DNA of 64,000 nucleotides from Octopus sinensis. Lineage: Eukaryota. The notes under the pieces were generated by a model. That model ran no database searches. It was not told the origin of the DNA and saw nothing but the letters and a program-made list of their open reading frames with translations. Position numbers and translations under genes: made by a program. The stretch lies in assembly GCF_006345805.1 (NCBI RefSeq), contig NC_042997.1, forward strand, positions 97,960,001 through 98,024,000, written 5' to 3'. Shown in pieces: positions 10,776 to 24,810 of the stretch; within the stretch, counting starts at the first letter, position 1; the number at the start of each line of letters is the position of its first letter.

Positions 10776-12583
10776 TACAAGTAAAGCAAGGGACTGTCAC
10801 AATCATTTGAGTGTTGGACAAAATGTGTTGCGCTTTCAGCTATTAAAATCTCGCCACGGTAACTTTGCCTTTCATTCCTCTGGGGACGATAAAATAAAGT
10901 ACCAACATTCACCCTCACAACGATTGCCCTTGTGCCTAAATTAGAAGCAGTCATTTACCTCCTTGTGAACTTTTATCAATTAGACAGGTGCTCAAATGTT
11001 TTTAGGCAGTAACTACTTCGTTTTATTATCTTTTCAGGTACAGTGTAGTGATGACTACATAATCCAATAAATACCTTCCGTTTATTTTTCTAGAGTGTTG
11101 AGATTCGAGCATGATTTACCTGCTGCGTCTAACAGGCCGAATGACTGCGTAGAGACACATTCGTTGGCTGATTAAATGAATGACATGTTTCATGAAACTG
11201 CGTGTCATCGTTGCGCAATCTGTTGTTGCTGCTGTTGCTTAACTGTAGGTCAGATAACTTATCCCACTGACGAACTACTATCAATAGCCGCCCCAACCGT
11301 GACCGTCCCATATGTTTTTTCAGAAACTGTATATCTAGCATAAATAATCAGTGCGTCCTTCCTTTCGTTTTTTCAAGACAGTAGAGTGTGATTTGAGGAA
11401 GAGCTTAGTGTTGTTTGTAGCAGGTTGTTGGTTCACTTTTCACTGTTATAATATTATATTGTTGAATGCATGAGTCACGTTTGAAATTGAACTTTTGGTT
11501 GTTCTACCTATTTCAGCACCGACTAAGGACGTGGGTACGAAGAAATACAGTAATGTTTTGTTTTTTTTTATTTTTTGCTTTATTTTGCGTTGTCTTCTGT
11601 GGCTCACAGAAAGATTCGAACTTCGATCTATGAGCCCAAGAATCAATCTTGAAATTATGCAGAACTCTCACTTCAAGAAACGGTTATAATGTCGTTGTTC
11701 TTGTTTAGCCTCGGCTCTGGTGTGACAGATTAGATACATATATCCATGATTAAACTTTTCGGTTCTTTTCCTACCTATTTTTAAGATTATAGAATTTGAT
11801 TTAAAAAAAAAAATTTGTTGCTATTTCTAGCATGTTGAAATGCCTGCGTAGCGGAGGCTCCCCCCCTTAGTTCGATGGTAGTAAGATGTGTATAGGTATG
11901 CTATCTATTTACAGCTAATTGATACGAGCTATCAATAAACTAGTGTCTTTGCCGTGTATATACAGCGTAGTATCATCGGAGACAAGATACCCACCCTGTG
12001 TAGCATTCTCAATTTACAAGTTTGCAGTCACATGCTGCTTCATGTTATCTCCTCACCCAGCTTTTACTCAAAGGTGCAACATCTTTCTTCGCGTAGGTGA
12101 CTGAAATAATCGAAATTATAAAAATCGATATATTTCGCACTTCTCATAGACAGTTACTGCAGGAAGATGAAAGAAATTCAAGCAAGAATCGACAACGAAT
12201 AAGCTGATATTTTCCAGAGAAATTCTTATTGTCACCTCAAACAACCCAGGAAGATGTGACAGTGATTTTCTTTCTTTCATTTTTTTTTTTTTTGGTTCTT
12301 TCCAGGAGATTAGACAGAAAAGTTTAACAGGCGTCAGTGAAAAAGCAGAGAATACTTGAGATATAATGAAAAACGATATTTTAAAAAACAAAGCCCTAGT
12401 CTTAAAATATAATAAAAATCAGTTGCTTTTTTCCCTAAGATTCTCACTAGCTAGACTGTTCTTGCGCTTTTATAAAACTATTGTTATGCAATAATGATTA
12501 GAATTTATTTAGCTAGCAGCTAGCTACTTTAACAAGTCACCAACCTACTTGATTAGTTAGCTGCTAGCTAACTAGCTAGCTGG

Positions 12584-12585
<2 letters not shown>

Positions 12586-12673
<88 letters not shown>

Positions 12674-13329
12674 CTCTCTCTCCTCTCTCTCTCTCTCTCT
12701 GTCTATCTATCTATCTATCTATCTATCTCTATCCTTACACCCATTCTTATGTATTATTCTCCCACTCTGTCTGCCCACATCTTTTGCTGTTTGTTTGTCT
12801 GTAGTCTCACACATACATACACATACGCACACACAAACACACGCTTACATACACACGCCCACACACACACTCACGTACATATATACATATGCACACATAC
12901 ACATGTTCACATGCACACGCTCACACTCATACATACACATACACACGCCCACGCGCCCACACGCCCACGCGCCCACACGCCCACGCGCCCACACGCCCAC
13001 ACTCCTGTACGTACACACGCAAAAATGCATATGCAGATATGTATGTGCATATTTAAAGATATATGTTTGTATGTGTGTATATCCATGCGTATTCGAGTGT
13101 ATGTGTGCATGTGTCTGTGTATATAATTATGAGTGTATGAGTGTATGTATGATTATATATAAATATATATATATACATACGTATATATATATATATATAT
13201 ACATACATACATACATATATATATATAGTTATACATAAAATTTTATAGTGTTATATGTGTGTGTATGTATGTGAGTGTTAGTGCGTGTGTGTCTCTATGT
13301 ATGTGTATATGTGAGATTGTGTGTATATA

Positions 13330-13424
<95 letters not shown>

Positions 13425-14165
13425 TATATATATATATACACATATATATATATATACATACACATATATATATTGTTATGCTTAGAATTATATATAGATA
13501 TAGTATCATATGTGTGTGTATGCACATGTGTGTTAGTACGCTTGTGTGTCAGTGCGCGTGGGTGTGCGTGTGAATGTGTGTGTGTGTGAATGTGTGTGTG
13601 TGTGTGAATGTGTGAACGTGTGTGTGTGTGCTCGTGATTGTGTTTGTATGAGTGCGTATGTGCGCGTGTAGTTTTACAGACCGGTGAGGAAAGAAGCAGA
13701 GACGGACTAACGCCGAAATGAAAGAATACAAATGTGACTCGCATATTGAATATGCTTTCACGAGTAACAGATCGATACATCGGTATATGTTGATATACAC
13801 ATGGCCTTACACGTGCCGTAGAAGTGGTACGATATGATAATGTTGTAAGAGACAAAGGCACATGCGAACGTTCGATGAGTAGGCTTTATCAACACGATTC
13901 GAAATAAATTACTTCGTGCATACAAACACACACATACACACACGCATATACACGTGTATGTTCACACACACACATACACATGCACACAAAGACGCACACG
14001 GACGCACACACACGGACGCACACACACGGACGCACGAACGCACACTGACACACGCACACGGACGAACGCACACGGACGCACTCACATGGACGCATGCAAA
14101 CGGATGCATGCACGCACACACATATCTATCGTTCTATACACATACACATGCATATTTATCATTAT

Positions 14166-14246
<81 letters not shown>

Positions 14247-14360
14247 TGTTTGTGTGTCGTAACTTTATATGTGTGGTATATATGTATATACATATGCGTA
14301 TCCTATACACACACGTGTATACACACGCGCGCACACACATACACATCCCCGTGCGCACAT
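12586..14360. repeat. large compound microsatellite block: (TATC)n, (CT)n, (CA)n, (CACGCC)n, (TA)n, (TG)n
   Basis: directly visible; a unique island lies at about 13670-13915. Confidence 0.95.
13718..13837 (+). pseudogene. possible decayed C2H2 zinc-finger fragment
   Basis: [39 protein letters not shown]: F-x5-I-x2-Y-x3-Y-T spacing with both His positions as Tyr codons, then PYTCRRSG. Confidence 0.3.
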
Positions 14361-14536
14361 ATATGTACGAACAAACCTGAGCATAATTGTATAGTAGCTG
14401 TCGGAGTGTTGAGCTGCAGCACGAGACTGCAGTGTATGGGAAGGTGTGGTCGGCGTTGAGGTTCCCGTCCCTGAAATATGAGAATGGGCTTATTTATTCT
14501 TTCATTTATATTTCTTAAATAAATAATTATACAAAA

Positions 14537-14575
<39 letters not shown>

Positions 14576-14577
14576 TG

Positions 14578-14615
<38 letters not shown>

Positions 14616-14716
14616 GTTTTCTCTTGCTGGGGATAGGGTAGGACATAAACCCTTTCAGAAACTAAATGAGGAGCTGACATACATTAAATTGACTTCAGCC
14701 ATAATTTTCAGGGATC

Positions 14717-15190
14717 TTGTTAAAAAGGTTTAGCAGAAGAATCCCGAACTTATCTTCGAATACAGGAATCTTCCGCGCCGCGACACCATATTGTAACGAG
14801 TCTTTGACCGCGAATGGTTTCAGAGATAGGATTATTTACATGCCCAACTCGAACCCCATCAAGAGAAAGCGCCATTGTAGCTATATGATTTACAGCCCTG
14901 TTTTTCCTCAACATAAAGAACTCGTGTTAGGAGGATTTTCTTTAGTTTAGTTTATAAGGATTTCGTCTAAACATACAGATGCAGGGAAATCTTTAATAGC
15001 AAGCAGGCCCACTTCTAGAACCGAGGAAGGCTGCTCATACAGTGATAACACCACATGCTTCATAAACGGTCAATGCAATACAGAAACCGTTGTGTATGAA
15101 GCGGAGGTGGTTGAAGGGTCCCAGTAGAGTGTTGAAAGTACGGCAATATGCGGGCGCAACAGGCTGCCCCTTCAGGACCACAAATCCTTA
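14717..15190 (+). mobile_element. Penelope-like element fragment (post-RT linker plus GIY-YIG start), pseudogenised
   Basis: KRFSRRIPNLSSNTGIFRAATPYCNESL..RKRH; TTCFINGQCNTETVVYEAEV; YAGATGCPFRT. Confidence 0.8.
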
Positions 15191-16329
15191 TTTAATATCT
15201 AAGCGAAGTGCTATGTCATAAATCATGTTTGTTTCATCAGCCATACTCTTACCTCAGCCCATATCTACTCCACACCACCATTACCTCAGCCTTAATCCCA
15301 CCCTACAAGCAAATATCTTGTTTACCGGGACTCCCTTTTCCTTTTTTGGTCTTAATTCAAGAGATATATCTATAATGAACTACATACTTTTCTCCTTGTG
15401 TTTAACCTGGGTGATTTCTTCCAAATATTTCGCTCCGTTGTATTTTTGCAACAGCCATACGCCCCACAAGTCGATCGTAACACTTTTAGGCTTTCAGTGA
15501 CAAATACTCTATCCTGTACTATTACTATTTCAGCTATTTCTAATGATTGCCAGAGCTGGTTCTAAACATTTGGTATGAATGTAATTGGAAATTTGGTTAT
15601 TATGAGACTAATATTTTACTTTATTAATGATGATAATATACGCAGTTTATTAACTAATATAAGAGTGCCTGTTTTTCCACATTGATATTACCTGTAAATA
15701 TATGTGTGTCTATATATATAACTATTGATCCGTGTCGTTAAAATGGGAACCGTTTTATTAATTATTTTGAAAACCCATCTTTTCAGACCAATGTACCCAT
15801 TGATAAATATCTTACTTAAATGTTTGGCACTTTGTATTTAATATATAAAAATATTACCATTACATAGAAAATCTGATAGAGTGAGCCGCCCACGGATAAA
15901 CGATACGTCACAGCGAAACATAAACACATAATCAGTTTTTCTGGCTCATTGAAATGTTTAATGACAGTTATAAAAATTGAATTAAAGCGTTTAATTCAAC
16001 ATTTACAAAAGTATTGCTGTTTTTCATTAACAAAATATTTAAAGCTATACACATAATTATTCTTATTCTATATATTCTATTATCGAAATATTCATAGAAA
16101 AATTACAAGTTCAATGATTTCCTTTTTTCATTCTATAGGTATTTACCAGTATATTATGATTAGCCACTCTCTTCCATCCACTCTCATTCTTTCTATGTTT
16201 ACCCCACACATCGAGAACTGTGATGCGGTCCTCATTCGCCAATCATTTTTTTGTTTTACTTACTGCTCTTCCCTTATTCTCGATTTCGTCCTTAATAGAT
16301 TGCTTAATCCATACACTCTCGACGCCTCA

Positions 16330-16399
16330 TAAATACACATTTCTAATAATAAGAATGATAACAATAATAATGATAATAATAAAAATAATGATGATGATG

Positions 16400-16451
<52 letters not shown>

Positions 16452-16466
16452 TAATAATAATAATAA
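16330..16466. repeat. (AAT)n/(GAT)n microsatellite abutting the Tx1-like 3' end
   Basis: directly visible. Confidence 0.95.
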
Positions 16467-17570
16467 CCAGAGCGAAGGATGAAGAGTACAATACAAAAAC
16501 AGACATGAAGTGTTGAGGGTTTACATACAACAGAATGATTAAAAAATGTATACAGGGTATACATTAAAAGAAGGGAGGAATACAGTGTGCAACATTAATA
16601 ATACTAAAAAGGAATGATAATGGGTGTCATCCTAATATAGGAGGACTTCTAGGGATGATCGAGGAACCCCACCGTCCAAAATGACCCTGAATACCAAGGA
16701 CAAGTGCCCTTTCCAACTTCTTTCCTCCAACTCACAGGTCTACACATAGTGGTGTCATTCACTTTTGCAATTTTCGTATCTTTCACTCACCTTCTGAGAA
16801 ATTCACTCGAGAACAGCACCTCCCTTCTCACCCTCAGTTTCCTTTTCAAATGAAACTTGAAAATGTCGATGAGGTCTTTACCGAGGAGGAATGTGTCTGT
16901 TCTCAATCCTTTCAACCTTGTCCACCAGACAATCTCTCTCGCCACCGCCACCAGGCAAAGAAAAACTGCTTTGCCTGCCCAATTAAAGGAAGGCGGCGAG
17001 GCAATCATCACTATGGACTCAGACGGATCCCTTCCGCACGTGACAGCAGCTTTTCGACATAACTTCACAAGTCAGCAATTCCCGGAGACTGAACGAGTGC
17101 ATGCAGAATGGTTTCATCTCTCTGCGCGCACCTCGGAAAGCCCGTCTGACAATACATCTGTGCTTGTAAAGTTTATCTCGAACAAGTAACGTCCCACCAC
17201 CGGTAGCACTGTCAAGGCAAAGACATTATCCATAATAATCCCCAACCGAAAAGTCTTCCAGAAGAGAATAGCCAGTTCGTCTTCTTCGACACCCGGTTTC
17301 CCCTAGGACGGCGCCGCTAATCTTCTATATATAGCTAAAGTGGAACATTCACAGATCCTATTGCTCGACTGGTAGAGGACAGTGAGCGCTTGATGACATC
17401 CTGGGTACCAGGCGCCCACTCTTGGTCTATCCTTCACCCAAGATTGCAGTTCGTCAAAGAGACGAGTTGCGGAAAGACGTGCCTCACAAACGGAGCCCCC
17501 ACACGTTCCCCTTCCGGAAATCTTTGCAGGTGACGCAACCTGAGCATATGTCTGCGCATCAAAGGCCACT
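16467..17570 (-). mobile_element. Tx1/L1-like LINE, 3' part of ORF2 and 3' UTR, pseudogenised
   Basis: LRLRHLQRF..; QCYR..VRDKLYKH; PRCAQRDETILHALVQ(C>S) CCHC-type motif; FLCLVAVAREIVWWTRLKGL..FKFHLKRKLRVRRE; ends at (TTA)n. Confidence 0.82.
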
Positions 17571-18137
17571 GCATAGCGAAATCCAACTGGAAAAGGCCTT
17601 ACTCATCAGTGGCTGTCATGTTCTAGTCTCAAACCAGAAACTGAGGGATATATGCTCAAGACCAGTAGCTTTTAACTAGGAGTTACCAAGGTAATGTCAG
17701 GAAATATGAAAGAAGCCCATCATGCCGCATATGCGGAGAACACCCAGAAACAATCGACCACCAAAAGAATACTTGTAAAGGCATGAGAGGGCAGCTCAAC
17801 ACAGTTGGTTAATATACCGCATATACAACCTCCTTCACAAAAAACAATTAGTGGAAACACTAGCTGCCACAAGTTGCTCAAAATGCCGAGATCATCATCC
17901 TTTAGAATTTCAGTGTTCAGACTGATCGGTAAATACAGAGATGTACATATTATCAGCCACCAATGGACATGCTCAATTGGGGAAGGTCAAGCAACTGACA
18001 AGAAAATCCATGGTATTGAGAAGAATATTTGCGGTAGTCCATCCTTTACACCAAGACAAAACATGCACATGACAACACTTCCAATCAGTTAGGATCAGAA
18101 GCCATGAGAGCGAGGGGCTGGCACAGCATCAGGGCAT
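17571..18137 (+). mobile_element. R4/Dong-like RLE LINE fragment joined to the 3' part of the ~565-bp retroposon
   Basis: THQWLSCSSLKPETEGYM..SCRICGEHPETIDH..RHERAAQ..IL*NFSVQTDR; 17935-18137 is the reverse complement of 26017-26220; (ATC)n(ATT)n tail. Confidence 0.82.
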
Positions 18138-18226
<89 letters not shown>

Positions 18227-18228
18227 CA
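18138..18228. repeat. (ATC)n(ATT)n microsatellite
   Basis: directly visible. Confidence 0.95.
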
Positions 18229-19312
18229 CTGATATCACTGATGTTATTTTTGTGTGTAGTAGCAGTAGTGGTTACAGCAACAGCAACAGTAGCAGGGGTG
18301 GGGTAGTGGGTAAGGGTGGTAGTTGGGCCTCAGATTCCTGTGTTATCATAATAGTAGCAGTTGTAGTATTATTGTAGTGTTAGTAGTATTTAGTATTAGC
18401 AGCTGCAGTATATTACCATTATTTTTATTTTTATCATTATCACCATCACCACCACTACCGTTGTTTGAGGAAATAGTTGGGTAGCAGTTTGGTGAATAGA
18501 TCATATTCTACAGGTCTATAAATAGATTTGGCAGATGGTGGGAAGGTCAGCCATAGAGACAAAGGAATCCTCGTACCCTTTGGGTCAGCAGAGGTCACAT
18601 GCGTTTACTACTACCAGTGGCCACTGAGAGCGATGCCTTGAAAAGAAACAATTCAGCCTGTTCTATTTGTAATTACTGGTAGAAACAACAACAACAACAA
18701 CAACAATAATAATAATAATGATACACACGCACACATATACACACACATATATACTGATATTCATGTCGTTGAATTTTTGAATTTCTAAATTCAATTGTGC
18801 GGTTGCAATAAAAGTTGTGTTTACGTATTTGGATAATATATTAAAGCTTTTAAGTTTCCTTGAGATGTTCGTATGTCTGTCCAGTTGGAGAATACAGTAG
18901 GACTTTTGCAATGAAAAGGATGTTTACATTTTCGAATACTCAGGGAAAGTCAAAAAGAAAATAAAACAAGTTGTAGATAGTAAAGTTTTAAGATTTACTA
19001 AATATGGTCTTTTGTATGACCGCACAGAGAGAAATGGTAGTATTCTTAGAATAAAAAGGATGATGATGTTTACATTTTCGAATATTCAGGGAGAGAGTAA
19101 AAGATAAGTATTCGCGCAGTAGTTGTAGATATTAAACGTTTTTTTTTAAGCTGATCGTTTGTGTTCGAAAGCTGTAAGTTTCCTAACTTATTTTATTTTG
19201 AGGGAGATTTAAAATATTCACAGGAAATTGTAGATATTCCAGTCTTGGGAACAGTAGGAGGAAGAGATGTTCACCTTGTTGGAATTTTGAATTTCTGAAT
19301 TTCATTTTTCAA

Positions 19313-19350
<38 letters not shown>

Positions 19351-20146
19351 TGTGAGTGCGTGTGTGTGCGCGCGCGCATTTCGAAGTTGTACTTGTTTGG
19401 CAAGCAACCTCACGTAAGAGCGAGGGTTCAAACTGAATCAATTTACAAACCGGAAGAATTATTTGAGTCATTTCAGAAAACACTAAACCTGTAATATTCA
19501 CATACGTTTACTTTAATAAAATACAGCCTATTACAAAATGCCAAAAACTTTCGTCTCACCTCTGCACCCTCGTCACTAAAACAGTTCCATGACATCTGGT
19601 GGAAATTAATAAAGTGGAAGCTTTCATAAGCGTCATGTTTGATTTTTGCGCTTTTCTTTCTCGTGTTCCCGCCTTTTCTTCTATATTGTCGTTTGCTTGA
19701 TTCTTTCTTTTCTTAGTCATATTCCACTTCAAGCTTGTCAATTTAACGTAAAAACTAATTCCTTTATGCTTTGTTCAGATGCTCTTGTGTGCGTGAATGG
19801 ATGTATTTCTTTTACTGGTGCACTTCATAATTGTGGGTATTTTGTATATAGTTAATTTTGTTTTCATTTTTCGATTCAGTTTTTATTTCCCGTCTCAATC
19901 TATATGACATTTATATAGATTATTATCATTATTTTTATGTATAATAGTTATTAATATGTTTGTTTTATTAATGTTATGTTTGTTTCTTATTTTTCTTATA
20001 GGCATATTTTAAACATTGGAAGACATCGTTCGATATGTATTTATAAATTGTGTCAAAGTACGTTTGGAATATCTGTCAATATTTATAAGTCGATTAGCAT
20101 TCAATTCATATTAAGTTAGTATATCTAACTGTTGTATGTATGTATG

Positions 20147-20213
<67 letters not shown>

Positions 20214-20271
20214 ATATCTTTTGATAGAATTAAGTAATACACACATAAACACATACACATATATACATACA

Positions 20272-20305
<34 letters not shown>

Positions 20306-20328
20306 CATACATATATATGTGTATGTGC

Positions 20329-20365
<37 letters not shown>

Positions 20366-20764
20366 CATACATACATATATATATGAGTGTGCGTCTATGT
20401 GTATGCCTGTATTTATGTATAATTATACACACAAAATAATATGCATATACATACATACATTCGTACGTACATACATACATACATGCATGCATGCATATAC
20501 ACGTACATGTATATGTTCTATATACACTTTCCAATAAATTATTGAACCTTTCATTTACATTCCTGTATCACTTATGCAACTTCCCAGGTTTATGTACCTT
20601 CATTTTGCATGTTTATACAGTATATTTTGCATCTTAATTGCCAACTGATGTGTTCGTTTTTGAAACATATCTTGCAATATTTTACAGCAATGCCTGTGCA
20701 AAACTTAGATTTTAAAGATCATCAATTGGAAGGTTCTATTTATGTTTGTTTTAAAATGGCTTTG

Positions 20765-21285
20765 ATACTGATTTCAAATTTTGTACAAGGCCAGACATTT
20801 CAGGGAAGGGGACAAGTCGATTACATCGACCCCTGTACTTCACTGGTACTTATTTTATCGACTCGAAGGGATGAAAGGTAAAGTCGACCTTGGTAGAATT
20901 TGAATTCAGAACGTAAAGACGGACGCAATGTCGCTAAGCATTTGCTCGGCGTTGTAAAGATTCTGTTAGCTCACCGCTTTTTCATGGCTGTAATATTGGT
21001 CTCTAATTTTGGCACAAGGCCAGCGATTTCGGAAAAAGAGTTCAGTCGGATACATCGATCCTTGTACTCTACTAGTACTTATTTTATCAATCCCGAGGGG
21101 ATGAAAGGTAAGTTCGACTTGGGCAGAATTTGAACTCAGGATGTAAAGACGGACAAAATACCGCTAAGCATCTTGTCCGGTGTGCTAAGGATTCTGTCAG
21201 CTCGCCGCCTTTTCACTGCTTTAGTATTGATTTCAAATTTTGGCACAAGGCCAGCAATTTCGGGAGAGGGGCTAAGTCGAAGAAT
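20765..21285 (-). mobile_element. head-to-tail array of three SINE S1 units, third one partial
   Basis: aattttg(t/g)(a/c)acaaggcc recurs at about 20780, 21005 and 21237 (period about 230 bp). Confidence 0.88.
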
Positions 21286-22018
21286 TATTTTACTGACATA
21301 TCGAGATATTAGGGCCTCACTAATTTTAGAAGTAGCTTATTCTTTACACAACATAGAAATACGGGTGGCGTTTGCAGTAATTTTCAGTCACAGAAGTACC
21401 ACCTTCCATTTGCTCCCAAAATGTATTTAACTATATAGCTTTTAAAAATGCTCTTTAAGACTGGTGCTAATGTTGTATCAGGGTTGATATGTAAGGGTTT
21501 GAGTCTCAGAGACGGTCTAAAACAATGTCTAATGGAATAACTAAAGGAGGTGCTGTATTGTTTCTCCAGAATCGATAATCTCCTTCCCCACCTCCTCTCT
21601 CTGTGAAAAATGCTTGCTGTTTTCAATAATCAGTAGATCAATGAACGAAATAGTGGCCTGCTGGTTTTTGGCAAAGGAGTAAAAAATTTGGGGCTGTGTT
21701 TGATATTATCTAAGGCGTCGTCGTTCTTTAAGCTCTTTTGATAAATGATTACAGCTTTCCTGCCCTCCTAAAGATGATTTGCTTTTCAGATTCGTGCATG
21801 AATCGCTAGTTGATTAATTCTGTAAATAAATAAATAAATAAATAAACAACTTTTGATTTTTCCCAATGATGAATTCTTTATACTCTTTCCAATATTTGTT
21901 GACATATATTATTTCATAACTATATTTTCAAACATCTGCCAAGTCGCATTCATGTCAGAAAAAATAATAAAAGTGTGTGAAAGACCAATTATACAAGCGA
22001 TAGGTAATAGTAATAATG

Positions 22019-22055
<37 letters not shown>

Positions 22056-22749
22056 TGATAATAATAATAATGATAATGATTATAATAATAATAATAATAC
22101 ATAATTATCAATTATTGACTTCCAGTTTGCTTTGAGCAAATTCATATTTCCAGTTGGATGTGTATCTGCTGACGTAGGTGTACGTATTTTACATCTGGAA
22201 TGCTGAGGATATTACAGCGTGCCATATCTTTTAGCCTGATATGCTTTTCCATCTGAGAAACTATTGATAGAGTTTGTGTGGTTTCTGAACAGAAGGTCCA
22301 AAATATTTTTGTTGTGCTGCGTTAGCTCAAAGGTCAATTTTTTCCCCCACTCTCTCATACGCACATACGCACGCTAGTGCGCGCACAAGAATTATCAATA
22401 AATTTAGACAGTGTCTGTACTTCTGCTTTTGTCGGGAGCTCAGATGCAATTAGCTAGCTTCAAAGAATTTGTGAACCAATCCACATAAGGAAGCTTGAAA
22501 TTACCTATTATTTGTATACTTTCCGAATTGTATTGTTACATGAAGTATTTGATTTTCTTGAAAGTCTCATGGAAGCAGAGCAGAAATGTTTGAAGTGGCT
22601 TCTATAGCCCAATTATAGTTAAGTCATTAACTTTATTGTATACAGACACAGATTCACATTAATCTCTGGAAAATATAAATCCGTAACATCGGCGGTAAGG
22701 AAATCGTAGATAAAAATGACAACACACTATCACTCTTCTTACTCTCTCC

Positions 22750-23350
<601 letters not shown>

Positions 23351-23414
23351 ATTTATAAATCTATGTATGTCATGTTCGACCGTTGAACTCAGAACATTTT
23401 TTTTCTCCCCGCTC

Positions 23415-23541
23415 TTTTTTTTTCTCTCTTAATCCTTTCTGTCGAAGAGCTTCAAACAAACACCTGCTTCCCGAGCGTTACACTAATACACCTGCTTGTT
23501 GTTCCTACACCTGTCTTCGTCTTTTGTTTTCTTTAAATTTG

Positions 23542-23545
<4 letters not shown>
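23415..23545 (+). mobile_element. (TA)n-adjacent repeat, family H, with hammerhead-like remnant
   Basis: cccgagc..actaatacac(c/t)tgct..gttgttc(c/a)tacacctgtcttcgtcttttgtttt shared with 35650-35770; ctgtcgaagagc core-like remnant. Confidence 0.6.
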
Positions 23546-23596
<51 letters not shown>

Positions 23597-23714
23597 CATA
23601 AATTTAAATAATAAGGGCGAAAAATTGAATATTAATTTGATTAATATACAATTTAAAACCAGTGGCCTAGCATATTGAAAAATCTGAAGATTCGGAAAAA
23701 TTTATATTACATAC

Positions 23715-23866
23715 ATATAAGGGGGATGACCACTAAGTGGACATCCATTATGCTAGAGGTAGACCCCATATGGTCTGACCACTAAGAAAAGATTCTTAGT
23801 GGTCAGACAATATGGGCTCTAGCTCTAGTATAATGGATGTCCACTTAGTGGTCACACCTCTTATAT
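23715..23866. mobile_element. ~150-bp near-perfect palindrome (MITE-like)
   Basis: arms ..tgaccactaagtggacatccattatgctagag..gtctgaccactaagaa / ttcttagtggtcagac..ctctagtataatggatgtccacttagtggtca; 4-nt loop; TA flanks. Confidence 0.8.
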
Positions 23867-23898
23867 GCATGCATGCATGTATGTATGTATATATATAC

Positions 23899-23947
<49 letters not shown>

Positions 23948-24074
23948 ATAATATATATATATGTTTGTATGTATATTTATATATATATTGTAATACGAAA
24001 ATATGTATGTGTATAAATTATGAGTTAATATAAATAGATATATGTATTATATGTATTATATAAATCGTTTATCT

Positions 24075-24365
24075 TTTACTTGTTTCATTTATTGGACTAC
24101 GACCATACTGGAGCACCGTCTGAAGGGTTTAGTTGAACAAATCGATCGCAGAAGATATTTTCTTATTCTATCGTTCACTTTTGTCGAAATGCTGTTTACG
24201 GAAGCGTAAACAAACCAGCACCGGTTGTTAAGTGAATGTGCAGGATAAACGCAAACGCGAGGACACACTCGCACACTTACATACATACATGTAAGCGTAC
24301 ACACGTATACACGCAAACATATGCTAGGCTTCCACACAGTTTCCTGTTTCTATATAATTAGGGCC
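24075..24365 (-). mobile_element. SINE S2, partial
   Basis: cttgtttcatt..ctggagcaccg..aaacaaaccagcaccggttgttaag. Confidence 0.8.
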
Positions 24366-24450
24366 GATATACATGTTCGTTGGTTAGTTGTTTGGTTGGT
24401 TTAATGATTCCTTCTCTTATGCTTTACATCGTAGAGAGAAATAGAGAGAA

Positions 24451-24484
<34 letters not shown>

Positions 24485-24649
24485 TGGGAGAGAGAATGAC
24501 AGAGATAGAGAGAGAGAGAGAGAGAAAGAGAAAAGAGTGAGAAAGAGGAATGAAAAAGCAAAAGGAATATGTAGGGAAATTAATAGAAGAGGTGCAGGAT
24601 GAGTGCTTGGTGAGAGGCAATGAGTAACAGAACTCAATACATTATTGTA

Positions 24650-24810
24650 GAGGTTGTAGGCTGTCGCCTCTCCGGCGGATGTGAATATCTCGTCTAAAGC
24701 TATAGGAAAACAGATTACAAAAGCTGTGCCTGAAGCTCACGAATCCAAGCTACAAATGTTCAGTCGTACCTGTGAATATTGATGCATTGGGCGATGTGAC
24801 AGTAGATATG
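24650..24810 (+). mobile_element. R4/Dong-like RLE domain fragment
   Basis: PADVNISSK..YKCSVVPVNIDALGDV across a frameshift. Confidence 0.6.

Noticed and set aside
11945-11985. Minus strand GUCU-CCGAUGA-UAC..GUA..AGAC with hammerhead-like spacing
   Set aside because: GAAA, helix III and the UH site are all missing, so chance cannot be excluded.
12304-12360. Strong plus-strand acceptor followed by EIRQKSLTGVSEKAENT*
   Set aside because: No upstream plus-strand exons or poly(A) signal could be linked to it.
15255-15305. Minus-strand GAG|GTAAGA and GAG|GTAATG donors with a tag acceptor
   Set aside because: They sit in a short G-rich duplicated motif next to a Penelope relic and are probably incidental.
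23678-23712. CUGAAGA-UUCG-GAAA as a hammerhead
   Set aside because: There is no helix II and helix I does not pair.
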